From the human T2T-CHM13v2.0 reference genome, Homo sapiens: 64,000 nucleotides of DNA. The number at the start of each line of letters is the position of its first letter. Position 1 is the stretch's first letter. The notes below the pieces were generated by a model. That model did not search any database, was not told the DNA's origin, and saw nothing but the letters and a program-made list of their open reading frames with translations. The stretch lies in the NCBI RefSeq assembly GCF_009914755.1, contig NC_060925.1. The stretch is one strand, 5' to 3'. The position numbers and the translations under genes were made by a program. Positions 31,639-45,670 of the stretch are shown here, one piece after another.

Positions 31639-32329
31639 CAGTCTCTTAAATGTGCTTTTCATCAGGGCAAATTATTTGTTTTGTTTATGCTCTGCCTTGC
31701 ATCGTGTACAAGGCTTGTGCGTCTCTTCTGATTCCCTCGGGGCTGCCAGCCACTTGGTTCACATAGCCTGCAGCACAAGCTCCTGGGCCCACTTGAGCCA
31801 CCTAGTTCTGCCTTCCGTAGCAGACGAATAGTCACAGACCCAGAGTCCCTGCCACTTCCAAAGGGGAAAGAAGTGCCCTGGGGTGAAAGGCATGCAACCT
31901 GGCTTCCTGAGCAAACCCCAAAGTGGCAGTGCACCTGGAGGACAGGACGTCCAGAGGAGCTGACTCTCCCCAGGGCCAACGCTGCCCATTAGAAAGAGGA
32001 GATGAATGGGGCCGTGGAGTCGGCAGATAAATTACCTCCTCCTTCTTGCTCCCATGGAGTACTTTGAGGCATGGTTTCTTCTCAGATGCCATCCAGAAAA
32101 GCCCTGTATGCCAAGCAACGCCTCTGCTGCATGACCAGCCTTGTGTCTCCACAGCTCACCGCTAGGTGAAAATCACCAAGCAGCACATTGTGTACAGTCT
32201 CACTCACCTCACTCCCACCCTCATTCTCACTGCCTTGAGCTCACACTTCCCAAATGAAACATAAGCATGTTAGCCTTTGCCTCGAGCTGCTTTCTAGAGA
32301 ATTCAGGACAAGAAAAATCCCTAGGACTG

Positions 32330-32625
32330 AGATGGGTGGAGAGATGGATGGATAGATGGATGGGTGGATAGATGGATGGATAGAAGGAAGGAAGGAAGGA
32401 AGGAAAAGAAGGAAGGAAGGAAGGAAGGAAGGAAGGAAGGAAGGAAGGGTGGATGGGAGGATATATGGATGGATAGAAGGAAGGAAGGAAGGAAGAAAGG
32501 ATGACAAGTGAATACACAGATGGAAGAATGAATCTATCTAGGTGGATGGAAAAAAGGATAAATGAAAGGTTGGACGGATGGGTGGATGGCAGTTTTGGAC
32601 ACTTGAGACCCAATTGGATGAATGA
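32330..32625 (+). repeat. Compound (GGAT)n/(GGAA)n microsatellite
   Basis: GGAA runs of 5 (32386-32405), 9 (32411-32446) and 4 (32479-32494) within GGAT-rich sequence. Confidence 0.95.
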
Positions 32626-32974
32626 AAAATCACAGAGGTCACTATTTTGTTTCCTTCCATAGGACAACCTATTCCTACAAATGCCTCAAACTCAACATGT
32701 CCAAAACTAAGTGATCATCATTTTTCTTAATATTTTCCTTCTTCCTTACTCTTCCTTCACAAGCCATAAATTTGTCCTCGCCCATCCTCAATGAATCTGC
32801 CAACATATTTCACTTCTTTTATGTCCCATGTGTCTCTAGGCTTCATCCCTACCTCGTGCTCCATGGCTACTGCCTTTGTAATGTCTCACACAGACCCGTG
32901 CCCCATCCACCAGCTGGCCTCCCTTGTCTCTTGTCCACTGTCAGCAACACTTGGGCTCTGCTGTGGTCAGAGTG

Positions 32975-33478
32975 TGTCCTGGTTTGGATTTCTCTGAAAG
33001 CAGACCCTGAGGCAAAGGCTTGGATACAGGTAGTTTATTGGGAGCAGATCCAAGAAAACAAGAGTAGAGAAGCAGGAAAATAATTCAGGGAAGAAGGAGA
33101 AAACAAGATACAGGTATATTATAAAGGTTGTTGTTATGGGCAACTGGGAGTTGAGACTCCTGGGAGCTTCTGGGAAGCATGCAGAATGCCTCCAGCAACT
33201 GTCCATCTGAAGGATTAGAAACTGAAGTGTTTATCCGCCGGCTTCTATCCTCATTAGTTCAGAGTCGCCCCTGGTGGCATTAACAGCTCCACACATCCAG
33301 GCTGTGTGTGAGGGCAGGCCAAGTGGGCCCCTGTGGCAATGGAAAAGGCCCTGGGACAGAAAGGGACACACAGTCCAGAGGTGAGTCTGAATTCCTGTGA
33401 AACTGTCCCCTGCAGCTGCAGCTTAAATCAGACATGGGCTAAGGGATGTGACACAGACCCCTAGAGACACCTGCTCCA
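32975..33478 (-). mobile_element. ERVL LTR, LTR33/LTR16-like
   Basis: tgtcctggtttggatttctc-gaaagcagaccctgaggcaaagg...gtagtttattgggag is the typical reverse end. Confidence 0.6.
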
Positions 33479-34682
33479 GAATGATCTACAAAACGCATAT
33501 GCAGCTATGGTTCGCCATGGCCAAAACTCCCTGATGGCTCTCCTGAGCCTAGGGGAAAATGTCCAACTTTCTTAATAGCATTCATAAGAATCAATGGCCT
33601 GCCCCAGCTTCTGTTGCAACCTCACTTGTGGCCGCTCCCTGCTAGTGGTTTGCTCTCTGCATCATTCATTTTTTTCCACCTCCACCACGTTGCCTATGCT
33701 GTTCCCTCTGCCTGGAATTCCCTTCCCATTTGCATTCCTTTTCTAGACTAATTCATCTTTTGAAACTTTTCCCTGACAATCCTAGGCAGAGTTAGACATG
33801 CTGCCCATATTTCTATCATCGCTCCTATTGTACTTTTTGCAATTCCCCTCCCCCACCATCTCACACTGTGAGCTCACTGAAGACAGTGGCATGATCCCCT
33901 TCCTCTGGGTTTTCCAAACGCCCAGGGAGGACCTGGGACGTGGGAGGCGTTGCCAAATGGATGGCTGGTTGCATCCATGTGTAAACAGAACCCCTACTTC
34001 AGCAGGTGTCTCTATTCAATGTCTTACTAGGTCCCAAGCTGAAAAGTGTGGAGCATCTGTTCAAGATTGTTGAAGGACACATAAACCAAGTGTCCAAAAA
34101 GGAAGTGACAGCCCCGGCAATAAACTCAATCAACAAGCATTTGTTGAACAGCTAAAGAGCTGAGTCACTGCTTTAGACACAGATAAGGGGATGAGATAAA
34201 AATCCTGACATGACTTGGGGCATCCATGTGACCAGTGCTGGGGAATCCCACAAGGACGGAGACCAGAGAATCAAGATAAGACTACCAAGGCAGCCAGCCT
34301 TCCCATGTCACAGATGTCAGCCTCTCCTCCTCTGTGCCCGCAGGCAGGCACCTGCCATGGAGCAAGGGTAGCAAACGTTCACCTGTACTCTTGTAATCTG
34401 CAAAGGGGACCCTCTATAGGTCAGGTGGGCTCTGCGCATATGCAGGTAGCTACAGCCAACAACAACAAACATTTACTGAGCCCTGGGCAAGTTCCTGCCA
34501 CTCTGCTCAGAGATACTTTCTCTGGCCTCAATTTGCTTACATTCTAGCAGGAGTGACAGGCCCCTAAACATACAATAGCAGTTTGGTGTCATGATGACAA
34601 TAAGATGTACTATACAGAGTTTGCATAGATGTATAAGGGACGAGAGTTCTAAAAGGCCTTTACGTTGACAAAATATTCTAGT

Positions 34683-35137
34683 GTATATATAGCATATATA
34701 ATTTATATATTTATGTATATTTATAAACATAATACATAATATTCATATTATATATTATATTTTATATAATGTATAAAAATATATGTATATATTATGTATA
34801 TTATAATATATAATATTTATTTATAATATATAAACTATATATAATATATAAAATATATATTTTTATGTATATATAAACAGATACATAAATTACATATACT
34901 ATATATGTATTTATATATGTAAAAAATATATAATATATATAATATATATAAAATGTAATTTATTTATATATATTTATAAATTATACCAAGGAAACAAGGA
35001 ACAGATTCTCACCCACTCCCCTTAGCTGCTCACATCTTCGACCTACCCAACCTGAAAGAAAATATATATTTTATATATAATATATTAATAGAATATACAT
35101 TTTATGTATTATTTATTACTTATATATATTTATATTA
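34683..35137. repeat. AT-rich (TA)n-like low-complexity tract containing a foreign ~80-bp insert
   Basis: Almost all A/T except 34984-35062. Confidence 0.9.
34984..35062 (+). repeat. Copy of 36328-36394
   Basis: taccaaggaa..cagat(t/g)ctcaccc(a/c)ctccc..tagctg and a 22-bp identical acctacccaacctgaaagaaaa. Confidence 0.9.
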
Positions 35138-35299
35138 CACACACAAGATGGAAAGGCAATGATGACTATACACTTGATCAGTTGCCTTCATGTGTGTATT
35201 TTCTGTCTTTCATTCCCTAAGCATAGCTTTGCTCTGCTTTTTCTAACCCAGTTCAGTAGGTGTATAATGAATAGATCAATCTCACATGGTCAGGAGAGG

Positions 35300-35520
35300 G
35301 CTGCAGGAGCCACCATCTAAGTTCAAATTCTACCTCTGCCTCTTATGTGCTGCATCTTCTTGGGCAATTTTCCTGCCCACTCAGTTTTCATATCTACAAA
35401 GTAGGATTGATAAAAGTACCTACTGCCTGGGATATTGTGAAGGTAAAATAAGTTAGTATATGAAAAAGCTTTTAAAGCACTGGACATATAATAAGCCCTC
35501 AGTAAGGTTAGCCATTATTA
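35300..35520 (+). mobile_element. MIR
   Basis: gttcaaattctacctctgcc...cttgggcaa...ctcagtttt-catatctacaaa...gtaccta...ttgtgaag. Confidence 0.65.
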
Positions 35521-37004
35521 ATAATGGTCTTCTTGTTGTTTAAGATTATTATAAAGTAGCTCAGTGTTAGGGCCAATTTTCTAGAAAAAAAAAACTATCA
35601 AATATGAATGCTTAGTCTAATTAAGTAAGAGAGCAAGTTCCAAGTTCTATCTCCTGAACCTCAGAGGTCAGCAGTAGCCCTCATACATGATTCCTAAAAT
35701 ACCTATTTTTGATCTCTGGCTCTCAGATGGCAAGAATAAGGACAAGGAAAGTAATCTTGCCTGGGGCCTCACATAGCAGGGCACTTCGTTTTTTAAAGTG
35801 AATAATTTATCAAGTACTTATTGTGGTTCTTGATTGTTTAGGCAAAAAAAAAAAAATCTCAACTTGGAAAACTGGGAGATGTATACACAGGGCAACTAGA
35901 AACCGAGAGAGAGATTGTGGAGAGGTGGAAGTGGCATGCTTAAAAGCGTAAGAAGAGAGGATGCTGGAGATGCCTGTGAAGGAGACCTTGGCCCTGCCTT
36001 CCTGAGGAATGTTCTGGAACTCTCATCCTCAGAGCACCAGAGTGTGCAAGTCAGTCAACAACCATGCAGGCCCAGTGGTACAAGAGCAAACGGCATGCCT
36101 GCATGGAGTGTCCAGGCAGATGGGCCCAAGACAGACCCGTGGCTTTCCACAGCTCAGAGTGGCTTAGGGACATGGTAATGCTTCCCAAAGGCTTCATCCA
36201 CGTGGACCAGAGAGCCAACAGGTGCCAGGCAATGTCAGACAGCTTGAGGAGCATGCAGCGGTGAGCTGCATGGATAGATGGCCAAAGGCCAGATAGGAAG
36301 AAGGCCACCTCCGGGACAGGTGCCATCTACCAAGGAACAGATGCTCACCCCCTCCCGCTAGCTGATACCCCAACCTACCCAACCTGAAAGAAAAAGCAGA
36401 GAACTTCAGACCAAGACAAATGTCTACCATGACTGGGGAGCCAGGGCCCAAAGAAAAAGTAGGTTCAGGTCTAGAAATGAAAAGTTATTTCTTGCAGACA
36501 GCCAGAGTTTGAATAAAATCAGAAAGTCCCATGTGAAGGCAGTCACTAGAGCTCACGGCTAAGAGTGTAGGTGATCTGGAGTCTGGCTGACTCTGGTCTC
36601 TGTTCTGCTTCTGGGAAGCCAACTCTGACCAGTTACTTACCTTCTCTCAGACTCTATTTGCTCATCTGTAAAACAGAGATATTAATATCTCCTAATAGGT
36701 TATATGTGTTCAATAAAACATTACATGTAAACCCCCTGAGGGGTTGTTTCATGCTAAGCATTCAATCAATGCAGAATAATGGCATCATTAGAAAGGGAGG
36801 GAGTTGGGGAGGGGTCTTGGGGCAAGGGCGGGTGAGGGGTCTTTATGGAGTTCCCTGTGGTAGAGATTCAGGAGAACACTCTCTGAGAGCCAGCATATGG
36901 CAGGAACTTCCCAAGCCTGCTGAGGGTGCAGGAGAGTGGGCTTTACCTATGCACTAAGCACATGGTCCCCATGTGATCCAAGTCAACGGGAGCTAATATA
37001 ACTT

Positions 37005-37256
37005 TATGGTCAAGGGTGTGGATTCTGGCATCCGACTGCCTGGACTTACATTACTTACTAGCTGGGCAAGTATCCTTAGGTAAGTTACATAACCTCTTTA
37101 TTTATACCTTAGTTTTGTCATCTGCACAATGGGAATAATCGTTCCTGTTTCACAGAGCTGTTCCGAGACTTGAATGAATATATGCAAAGAGCTTTTCTAA
37201 GCTTTCCTTCCTGGCATGCTGACTGACACACACTGTAAATATTAGCCATTATTATT
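37005..37256 (+). mobile_element. MIR
   Basis: ggtcaagggtgtggattctgg, ccttaggtaagttacataacctct, ccttagttttgtcatctgcacaatgggaataat. Confidence 0.65.
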
Positions 37257-37625
37257 CTGATTTTGCTCCCATCCAAGTTTACACTTCAGCTGCTAGAATC
37301 CCTCAGGATCTCAAATCTGATTTATCTTCCAACAATAAAACCCATCCAAACTCCAAGGCCATTTTCCAGCAAGGGAGAGTCACATCAAAATAAGAACGCT
37401 AAAGCTACCAATATTCAAATGAAGATAGAGAATGGGGCCCTCCTCCTCCATGCAACCCTGGAATAACTCTCACTTGTGCGTCAGAGGGGAGCAAAAACAT
37501 CAGCAAGAGGGCCCATTACCGAAAGTGAGGGACTTACAGCATCAGGGAAACCTCACTGACATAAGACATGAATCAATCCAAGAAGGAACAAAAGGGCAGC
37601 TTGTTTGCAGAAGATATTCCATGCT

Positions 37626-38391
37626 TCTTATATATTTTGGATATAAACCTCTGTTAATGGAAAAACCAAACTCTGTAAAATATTTTAAAGAGGTTTATTC
37701 TGAGCCAATATGAGTGACCATGCCAAGGGAACAGAGTCTTAAGAGGTTTTGCGAAAGTGTGTCTACAGCAGTTATGTTACAATTTGGTTTTATACATTTT
37801 AGGTATGTATAGGTTTACATCGGTTTTATACATTTATACATTTGCAAATATTTTCTCCCATTCAATAGGTTGTCTCTTCGTTCTGTTGACTGTTTCCTTT
37901 GCTGTACAGAGACTTTTTAGTTTAATCCTATTTGTCTGTTTTCACTTTTGTTGCCCCTATTTTTGGGGTCATAGATCAAAAAATCATTGCTCTGACCAGT
38001 GTCATGGAGCCATTGCCCTATGTTTTCTTCCAGTAGTTTTATAGTTTCAGGTCTTACATAAAGTCTTTAATCCACTTTAAATTATGTTTTTGTATATGGT
38101 GTGAGATAATGGTCTAATTTGATTCTCCCGCATGTGGATATCCAGTTTTTCCAGTACCGTTTATTAAAGAGATCGTCTTCTCCTCATTGTACTTTCTTGG
38201 CATCTTTATTGAAAATTGATTGACCATAGATGCATGGATTTATTTCGGAGCTTTCTATTCTGTTCTGACGGTCTATGTGTCTGTTCTTATGCCAGTACGA
38301 TGGTGTTTTAATTACTCTAGCTTTGTAATATAGTTTGAAATCAGGTAATGTGTGAGGCCTCCAGTTTGGCTCTCTTTGCTCAAGATTGCTT
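37626..38391 (-). mobile_element. L1MA-type ORF2 3' segment (inverted part)
   Basis: tttgcaaatattttctcccattc, gtttcctttgctgtacaga, catgtggatatccagttttccag, tatgccagtac. Confidence 0.8.
37652..37825 (-). mobile_element. ERV1 LTR terminal fragment, MER57-like
   Basis: tgttaa-gaaaaaccaaactctgtaaaatattttaaagaggtttattctgagccaatatgagtgaccatg. Confidence 0.65.
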
Positions 38392-38637
38392 TCAGTTAGC
38401 TAGGAGAAATAAGTTCAAGAGATCTATTGCACAACGGTGTGGCTATAGTCGATAACAATGTATTATATTCTTGAAAATTGCTAAGAAAGCAGATTTTAAG
38501 TGTTTACACCACCAAAAAAAAATATGTGAGGTAATGTATATGTTAATTATTTCAATTTAGCCAGTCCACAATATATTCGTGTTTCAAAATATCAGGTTGT
38601 ATACCATGAATATGTACAATTTTTATCAATTTTTTAA
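38392..38637 (+). mobile_element. L1MA 3' UTR end (sense part)
   Basis: aataagttcaagagatctattgcacaac, cttgaaaattgctaag, gtgaggtaatgtatatgttaatt. Confidence 0.8.
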
Positions 38638-38700
38638 AGACAATATTCTGTGCTCATACTTCTTCCTTGAACCAAGTATAAGAAAAAAGTAACTTCATCT

Positions 38701-39243
38701 TGTATCAGTTATCTATTGTCCCAATAGTGCTGCATAACAAACAACCTCAAAACTTCAGTGGCAGACAGTAAACATTTGTTTTTGTTCAGGGTCTGCAGGC
38801 TGGCTGCCTGGTTCTGCTCATCCAAGACTCGGCTCCGCAAGGCGCATTCACATGGCTGCGGTCAGCTGCAGGGAGTTCAGGCAGCCATGCGATCTTGGCT
38901 GGTCTCTCTCACATGTCTGGGGCATCTCCTGGGATAACTGTGTTGATTCAGCTTTGCTCTGGGGTCTCATTCTCCAGCAGGTTAACTCAGACATGTTTCA
39001 CAGCAAAAGCCAAAAAAGTGAGTGGAAATGCCAAAATGCTTTGTCAAACTTCTGTTTGTCTCATGTCTGCTCTCATAGCCTCGGCCAAAGCAAATCACAC
39101 GCTGAGCCCAAAACTAAGAGATGGGACAAAATTCTCCCCCACACCACCACATACAATGAAGAGGTTGTGCAAACTTACATTGCAAAGGGTTTAGATTCAG
39201 GGGAAAATGAAGAATTGAGGCCATATGTCACTCAATCTATCAC
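38701..39243 (-). mobile_element. MLT1 (H/I-like) LTR
   Basis: tgtatcagttatctattg...tgctgcataacaaacaacc; ggccaaagcaaatcaca; gaagaattgaggcc. Confidence 0.7.
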
Positions 39244-39506
39244 GTATCCAAAAGAACTTGCTAACCTTTATTTCAGGGAAAGAAAAGGGGAAATTATAAA
39301 AGAGATCAAGTCTACTGAAAGGAAGGCCAGAATCACCCACAAGACAAGCAACCCTGAGGATATCAAACAGCATTTCCCTTTCATTGACCACGTTGCATTC
39401 AAAGAAACACCAAATTCTCACATTCCACTCTTTGCAAGGAACATCTTAAAAGCTTGTCCAACATTTCTAGTGCCACCCACTTTGAATTAATCCAGATATG
39501 TCTTTA

Positions 39507-40291
<785 letters not shown>

Positions 40292-41789
40292 TTTAGAGTT
40301 CACTTTTCCAGCCATCCTGCCCCAAGACCTTAATATTTCAGGAAATATATATCTAGATGGAAAAAATGAAAAATAAGTTTAAAGACATTAAGATTTCTAC
40401 CCATTCATCCAGGTTTGACTTGGATGAAAGTTTGAAAGCTCTCCCTTTACTGTTCCTTTCCACCAACTCTCAGTTAAGACCAATGAGTAATTCACAAATG
40501 AAATTATTTTTAACATAATGTATGTTGTGGGATGCTTAAGTCCTCACCAACTGTGGCTTGTGGTTAAAATCCTGGTGCCTACTCTAGATTCCAGGAAAAT
40601 AAATTGAGGAGGAAAAGTGAAATTTCATAATGAAAATTTAGCATCATAGTTTATTACTCTACCGTTGTATGTTACTCATACAGAAGCTATCTTGGAAACA
40701 TTCCTGCTTTTCCTCTGTCTTGTTTTATAAGAGGAGCTGGCCCACTTTAATAGCCTGTACATTTAAGATCCACAAAAGATAATGCGTAGTGAAGATGGTT
40801 GAGTCAGATAGACTCAGCAGATAGACATTTTGATAATCAATTTTTAACTAGGTAATAAGAGTTGACACCATGCCACTAACACCTTCAGGCTTGGGAGGAG
40901 AATTCCGTTTCTTGTCCTCCATGGTGAATTTCACAGACTAGGCGGGCTGGATTCCAAAGTACTGACCACTGGGAAGTGCCAGGCATAATATTATACTTGC
41001 CAGGCCATCGGTTTGACCTCGAGCCTAAATTCCTTGGTAGCTCCCTGTAAATTACGGGTTCTGTCTTTTTATCTGAAGCAATTATTCACATTCAGTGTGG
41101 TTTTGCTTGTGGCCAAGTTAAACAGAGGCATTCATCAGCTGTGTGTATTCAGAGGACCAGCTATTTTTTGGTAGGGCTGAAAATGGTCTAGATGAGATTC
41201 CATAAATCAGTGCTAACAGCTACAGTGGTGAGTTCTTTCCTGGCACGTTAGGACACTGGACTAAATCAACAGGGTTGCACTTTTCTTTTCCACTTAGTTG
41301 AAAGCTCTTGGTCCAACACCAGCATGAGTGCTCAGGCCCCCTCCTTACCTCCTGTTTTGTTTGACCTGGTTTTTTGGGGACACCATAGGGAAGGAAAAGG
41401 CAAACATTACAGTAAAGTTTTCCATATAGCTAACTAAAAGACTCTCCTTCCTTAAGTAATGGACAATATGTAAGCATACTTTATTAATTTTCTTTGCTAA
41501 TATTACAGAGTTAACTTGTATTCACTATAGCCAGTGAAACAGTTCAAAGATACATGAGAAAAATCTCCCTCTACCCACCTCCTTTCTCATCCCCAGCCTC
41601 ACACCCCAAAGTCACCAATGTCACAGCCTGGTGTCCAGACATTCACTTATTTCCCCAGCTTCATATCCACATACAAAGGGAAGAAGAGGAGAGATGAAGA
41701 AATTAGCTAAGTAGGGGCTGGAGCCAAAGACTTTTATTTTGTTCCAAAGATAAACAAAAAACCCAGAGGCTTTTAAAAGTGGAGGAAAG

Positions 41790-42170
41790 GAAAGAGTTAA
41801 GTTCTCTCTGTGTGACAACTGAACCAATGCGGGAATACCTTTCGGAGGCTAGAGTGGTTGTCCAGGAGAGAGGATGGTGGCTGCAACTGAGGTGGTGGCA
41901 GTGCTGGTGGACAGCAGTAGATATTTTTGAGGGGTGAGCCTGGACAACATTTGAGGATGGATCAGATGCCATGGGGCAGAAGGTCATTTGTGGCTTGCAG
42001 ATCTGGGTAGATAGTGCTGCCTCACCAGGAAAGGATCCAGAAGGAATGGGAGGCTTGGAACGGAGCAGTGATTCAGTTGGGATGTGCTGAGGGTGAGGCC
42101 TTCCAAGGAAGGAGGTCACATGGGCCACTGGCTCAGAGGAGAGGTCTGTAGACTGGAGGGTTTTGACTAA
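41790..42170 (+). mobile_element. L2 fragment
   Basis: ggttgtccaggagagaggatggtggc, ggctcagaggagaggtctgtagactggag. Confidence 0.5.
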
Positions 42171-43602
42171 GGAGCTTTGAGAGTATCCCCAGCACCTAAC
42201 ACAATATCCTAGCATATTGGATGCTCAGCAAGTATTCATTAAACTAATAACTTACAACAGGGATCATAGATGAGTCTTTGCAGAAGAAACCTGTCTCCCT
42301 TTTGGGCTCTCCAGAGGCCCAGACTTAAGACTCTTCAGTATCATGTAGAGGCTAATCATTTGGCACACCTTCAATACAATATTCTTGACATATCTGTCTC
42401 TTAGTCACTTGCTTGGAAGAGAGGCTCAAAGCTGCCTGAGATGTTGGGGAGAGAGGAAGAAAGACAGGAGGATGCTGAAAAAGAGAACGGTGACCTCTCA
42501 TCGTCGCTAAGGTCTGAACAATTCCACTCTGGCCCAATTTGCAAGCTCCACTCTGTAGGAAAAATGAGTAAAGGCTCTAAGGTGAAATTGCTTGGACTGA
42601 AATCCTGGTTCTACCATGTGCTGTGTGCAGACACAGGCACATTATGTAACTGCTGGGCCTCCACTTCCCCATCTAGAACATGGGGCTTGTAATAGTGGCA
42701 ACCTCATAGGCTCAGTCTGAGGATTCAGTGAAAGAGCACAATTAAAGCATTTAGCAGAGCGCCTGCCCTCCTGTAAGCGTCTTCAATCACAGGCTGCTTT
42801 TTTCATTCACCACCCCTTCCTCCAACCACACAAAATGCTGTCCCTGAAAGGAATTCCAGAAAAGAAAACTTCCTCCATGGCATTGTAATTCCTGCGATGT
42901 CTGAGAAGTGCAAGAAAGTTTCTTCCCCCAGGGATCCTTCCCGTTAGCCCTCTCCATCTGCCTCTGGCTTCCCATCACCCCTTGGCCCCGTGCGCCATGT
43001 TTTCTGGCTTTCCAATTTGGGGTCCATCTATTTTGACTTGATGACTGTGTTTGGAGGACAGGATTCATTTCTTGTCCATCTTTGCATTGTTTCACTGCCC
43101 TCAGCACTGTGCCTTATTCACGGTAAGGGTGCAGTAAATGTTTATGGCGATTAACTTAATTGTATTTTCCCTTTATTGGGCCTTGAGAGAAAGAGAAACA
43201 GAGATCACTAGAGTTAACTTCTGTCCCACACCTTGGGAGCCAAATTCTTTGGCAATTGTTGTTTTCGTCTTTTTAAAAATAATCTTGGGGTTTCTTATGA
43301 TTGAGGTCATTTCTACACGTTGTAGAAAAATTGGAAATGTGAAAAAAAGAAGAATATGACAAAAATAATAACTAACTGTAATTTGACTAGAGATAATCAC
43401 GGGTAACATTTTGGGACTCTATATATCTATTATACACATCTATATAAGTTCTGTGTATCTGTATCTATATAAATTGAGATCAACTATATCTATATAAATC
43501 GGGATAAAATTATATATATATAAACTGTATCTACATAAAATGTATCTATATAAATTGGGATCAATTTATTGTAATTCAGTGTAAATTGAATACACCGTTT
43601 TG

Positions 43603-43891
43603 GGCTGGGCACAGCGGCTCATGCCTGTAATCCTAACAAACACTTTGAGAAGCCAAGGCAGGCGGATCACTTGAGGTCAGGAGTTCAAGAGCAGCCTGGC
43701 CAACATGGTGAAACCTCATCTATACTGAAAATACAAAACTTAGCTGGCCATGGTGGCACATGCCTGTAATCCCAGCTACTTGGGAGGCTGGGGCAGGAGA
43801 ATCACTTGAACCTGGGAGGCAGAGTTTGCAGTGAGCCTAGATTGCACCACTGCACTCCAGCCTGTGTGACAGAGTAAGACTCTGTCTTAAA

Positions 43892-43938
<47 letters not shown>
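43603..43938 (+). mobile_element. AluS with (AAT)n tail
   Basis: Full-length Alu; TSD tgaatacac(c/t)gtttt. Confidence 0.92.
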
Positions 43939-43941
<3 letters not shown>

Positions 43942-44595
43942 ATACACTGTTTTGAAATCACTTTTCAATCAACATTATTTAAGAATTTTTCCTTAATTTA
44001 AATATTATTCAAAATAGAATTTCAATGTTCATTTCTCTCATGAATAAATATTCTTGTGTATAAATCTTTGCCTACATATCTGACTGTTTCCCTAGAATAG
44101 ACTTGCTGGAAATGGAATTTCTTTGTCAAAGGGTGTGAACTCATTTTAAGTCTTTGTTACCCATTGTCAAATGCTTTTGAGAATGAGCATGCCACTTCAA
44201 GCCACCAACAGCCTGAAGAGGAAGGCACATCCATTCTCATCCTCTCAGCATTCAGCATCTTTTTGTGCTGGACAGTTTGGCATAAATGGCAGTGACTTGC
44301 CTTGTTAATTTGTTTGATTACTAGTCAGGTTGGCCTCTGTGATTTGTCTGCTCTTATCTTCCACCCTTTTGTTCTACTAATGGGTGAAGGTCCTTCTTTT
44401 TGATCTTTGAGACCCTTTTATATCAGGAAAAAATTTACCCTTTATCTGCGTTAGTTACAATTTTGTTTTCTTTGAAGTTTGGCTTTTGAGTGTGTTTGCT
44501 TTTTGAGAGACACAGTTTAATTTTTGTACAACCCACTCCATCACATTTCTTAAGATGATCTTAATTGTGTGTATATTTAGAAAGTCTTTGTATAG

Positions 44596-44849
<254 letters not shown>

Positions 44850-45470
44850 TGGTTGTTTTTTAATGGTTATATTTTTGCAACTAATTCTATTTCTATGTGA
44901 ATTTTAGTATGAAATGTTTGCATTCTAAAAGATTTTTTAAATGTAGAAAAAATACAAAGAGGAGAATAAAATTCACCTGCCATGATGCTTTCACATAATC
45001 GATTTCAACATTTTTGAAACATTGTTCTAATCCTCTTAGTTTTTTCCCATCTGTTCATTTTTCCAAATAAACTTTAGAATCATTTGGTCACATTTCAAAA
45101 GAAAAATAAATCCAAAGACTATTGATTGAGAAAATACTAAGTTTATAAACTAATTGGAGAAGAATTGTCATTGTCACAAACTTTAGATTCCTTCTACAGA
45201 AATGTTTATACATTTGTTCACATCTTCTTTTGTATCTCAAAAAGATTTTTCCAATTTTCCTCATGTCGATCCTACTCATTCCTTGTCATGTTTATTCCTA
45301 GGTGTCCTGGGTTTGCTATTGCAATTAAGAAAGTGGTTTTCTTTCCCATTTCATCTTTTAACTGGTTAATGCTGTTATAAGCAAAGCTATTGCTTTTTCT
45401 CTATTTGATAGTTAATCCACCTACTTTATTAAACCTCATGAACTCTAAGAGATTTACAAGTTACTCTTTT

Positions 45471-45670
45471 TTTATTATTGTTATACTTTAAGTTCTAGGA
45501 TACATGTGCAGAATGTGCAGGTTTGTTACGTAGGTATAGACGTGCCATGGTGGTTTGCTGCACCCATCAATCCGTCGTCTACATTAGGTATTTCTCCTAA
45601 TGCTATCCCTCCCCTAGTCCCCTACCCGCCGACAGGTCCCGGTGTGTGATATTCCCCTCCCTGTGTCCAT
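45471..45670 (-). mobile_element. Severely 5'-truncated L1PA (PA7/8-like) 3' end
   Basis: atactttaagttctaggatacatgtgcagaatgtgcagg...ttaggtatttctcctaatgctatccc; 11-bp TSD gttactctttt. Confidence 0.88.

Noticed and set aside
38852-39490. 212-aa ORF
   Set aside because: Lies largely over an antisense MLT1 LTR; no homology recognised.
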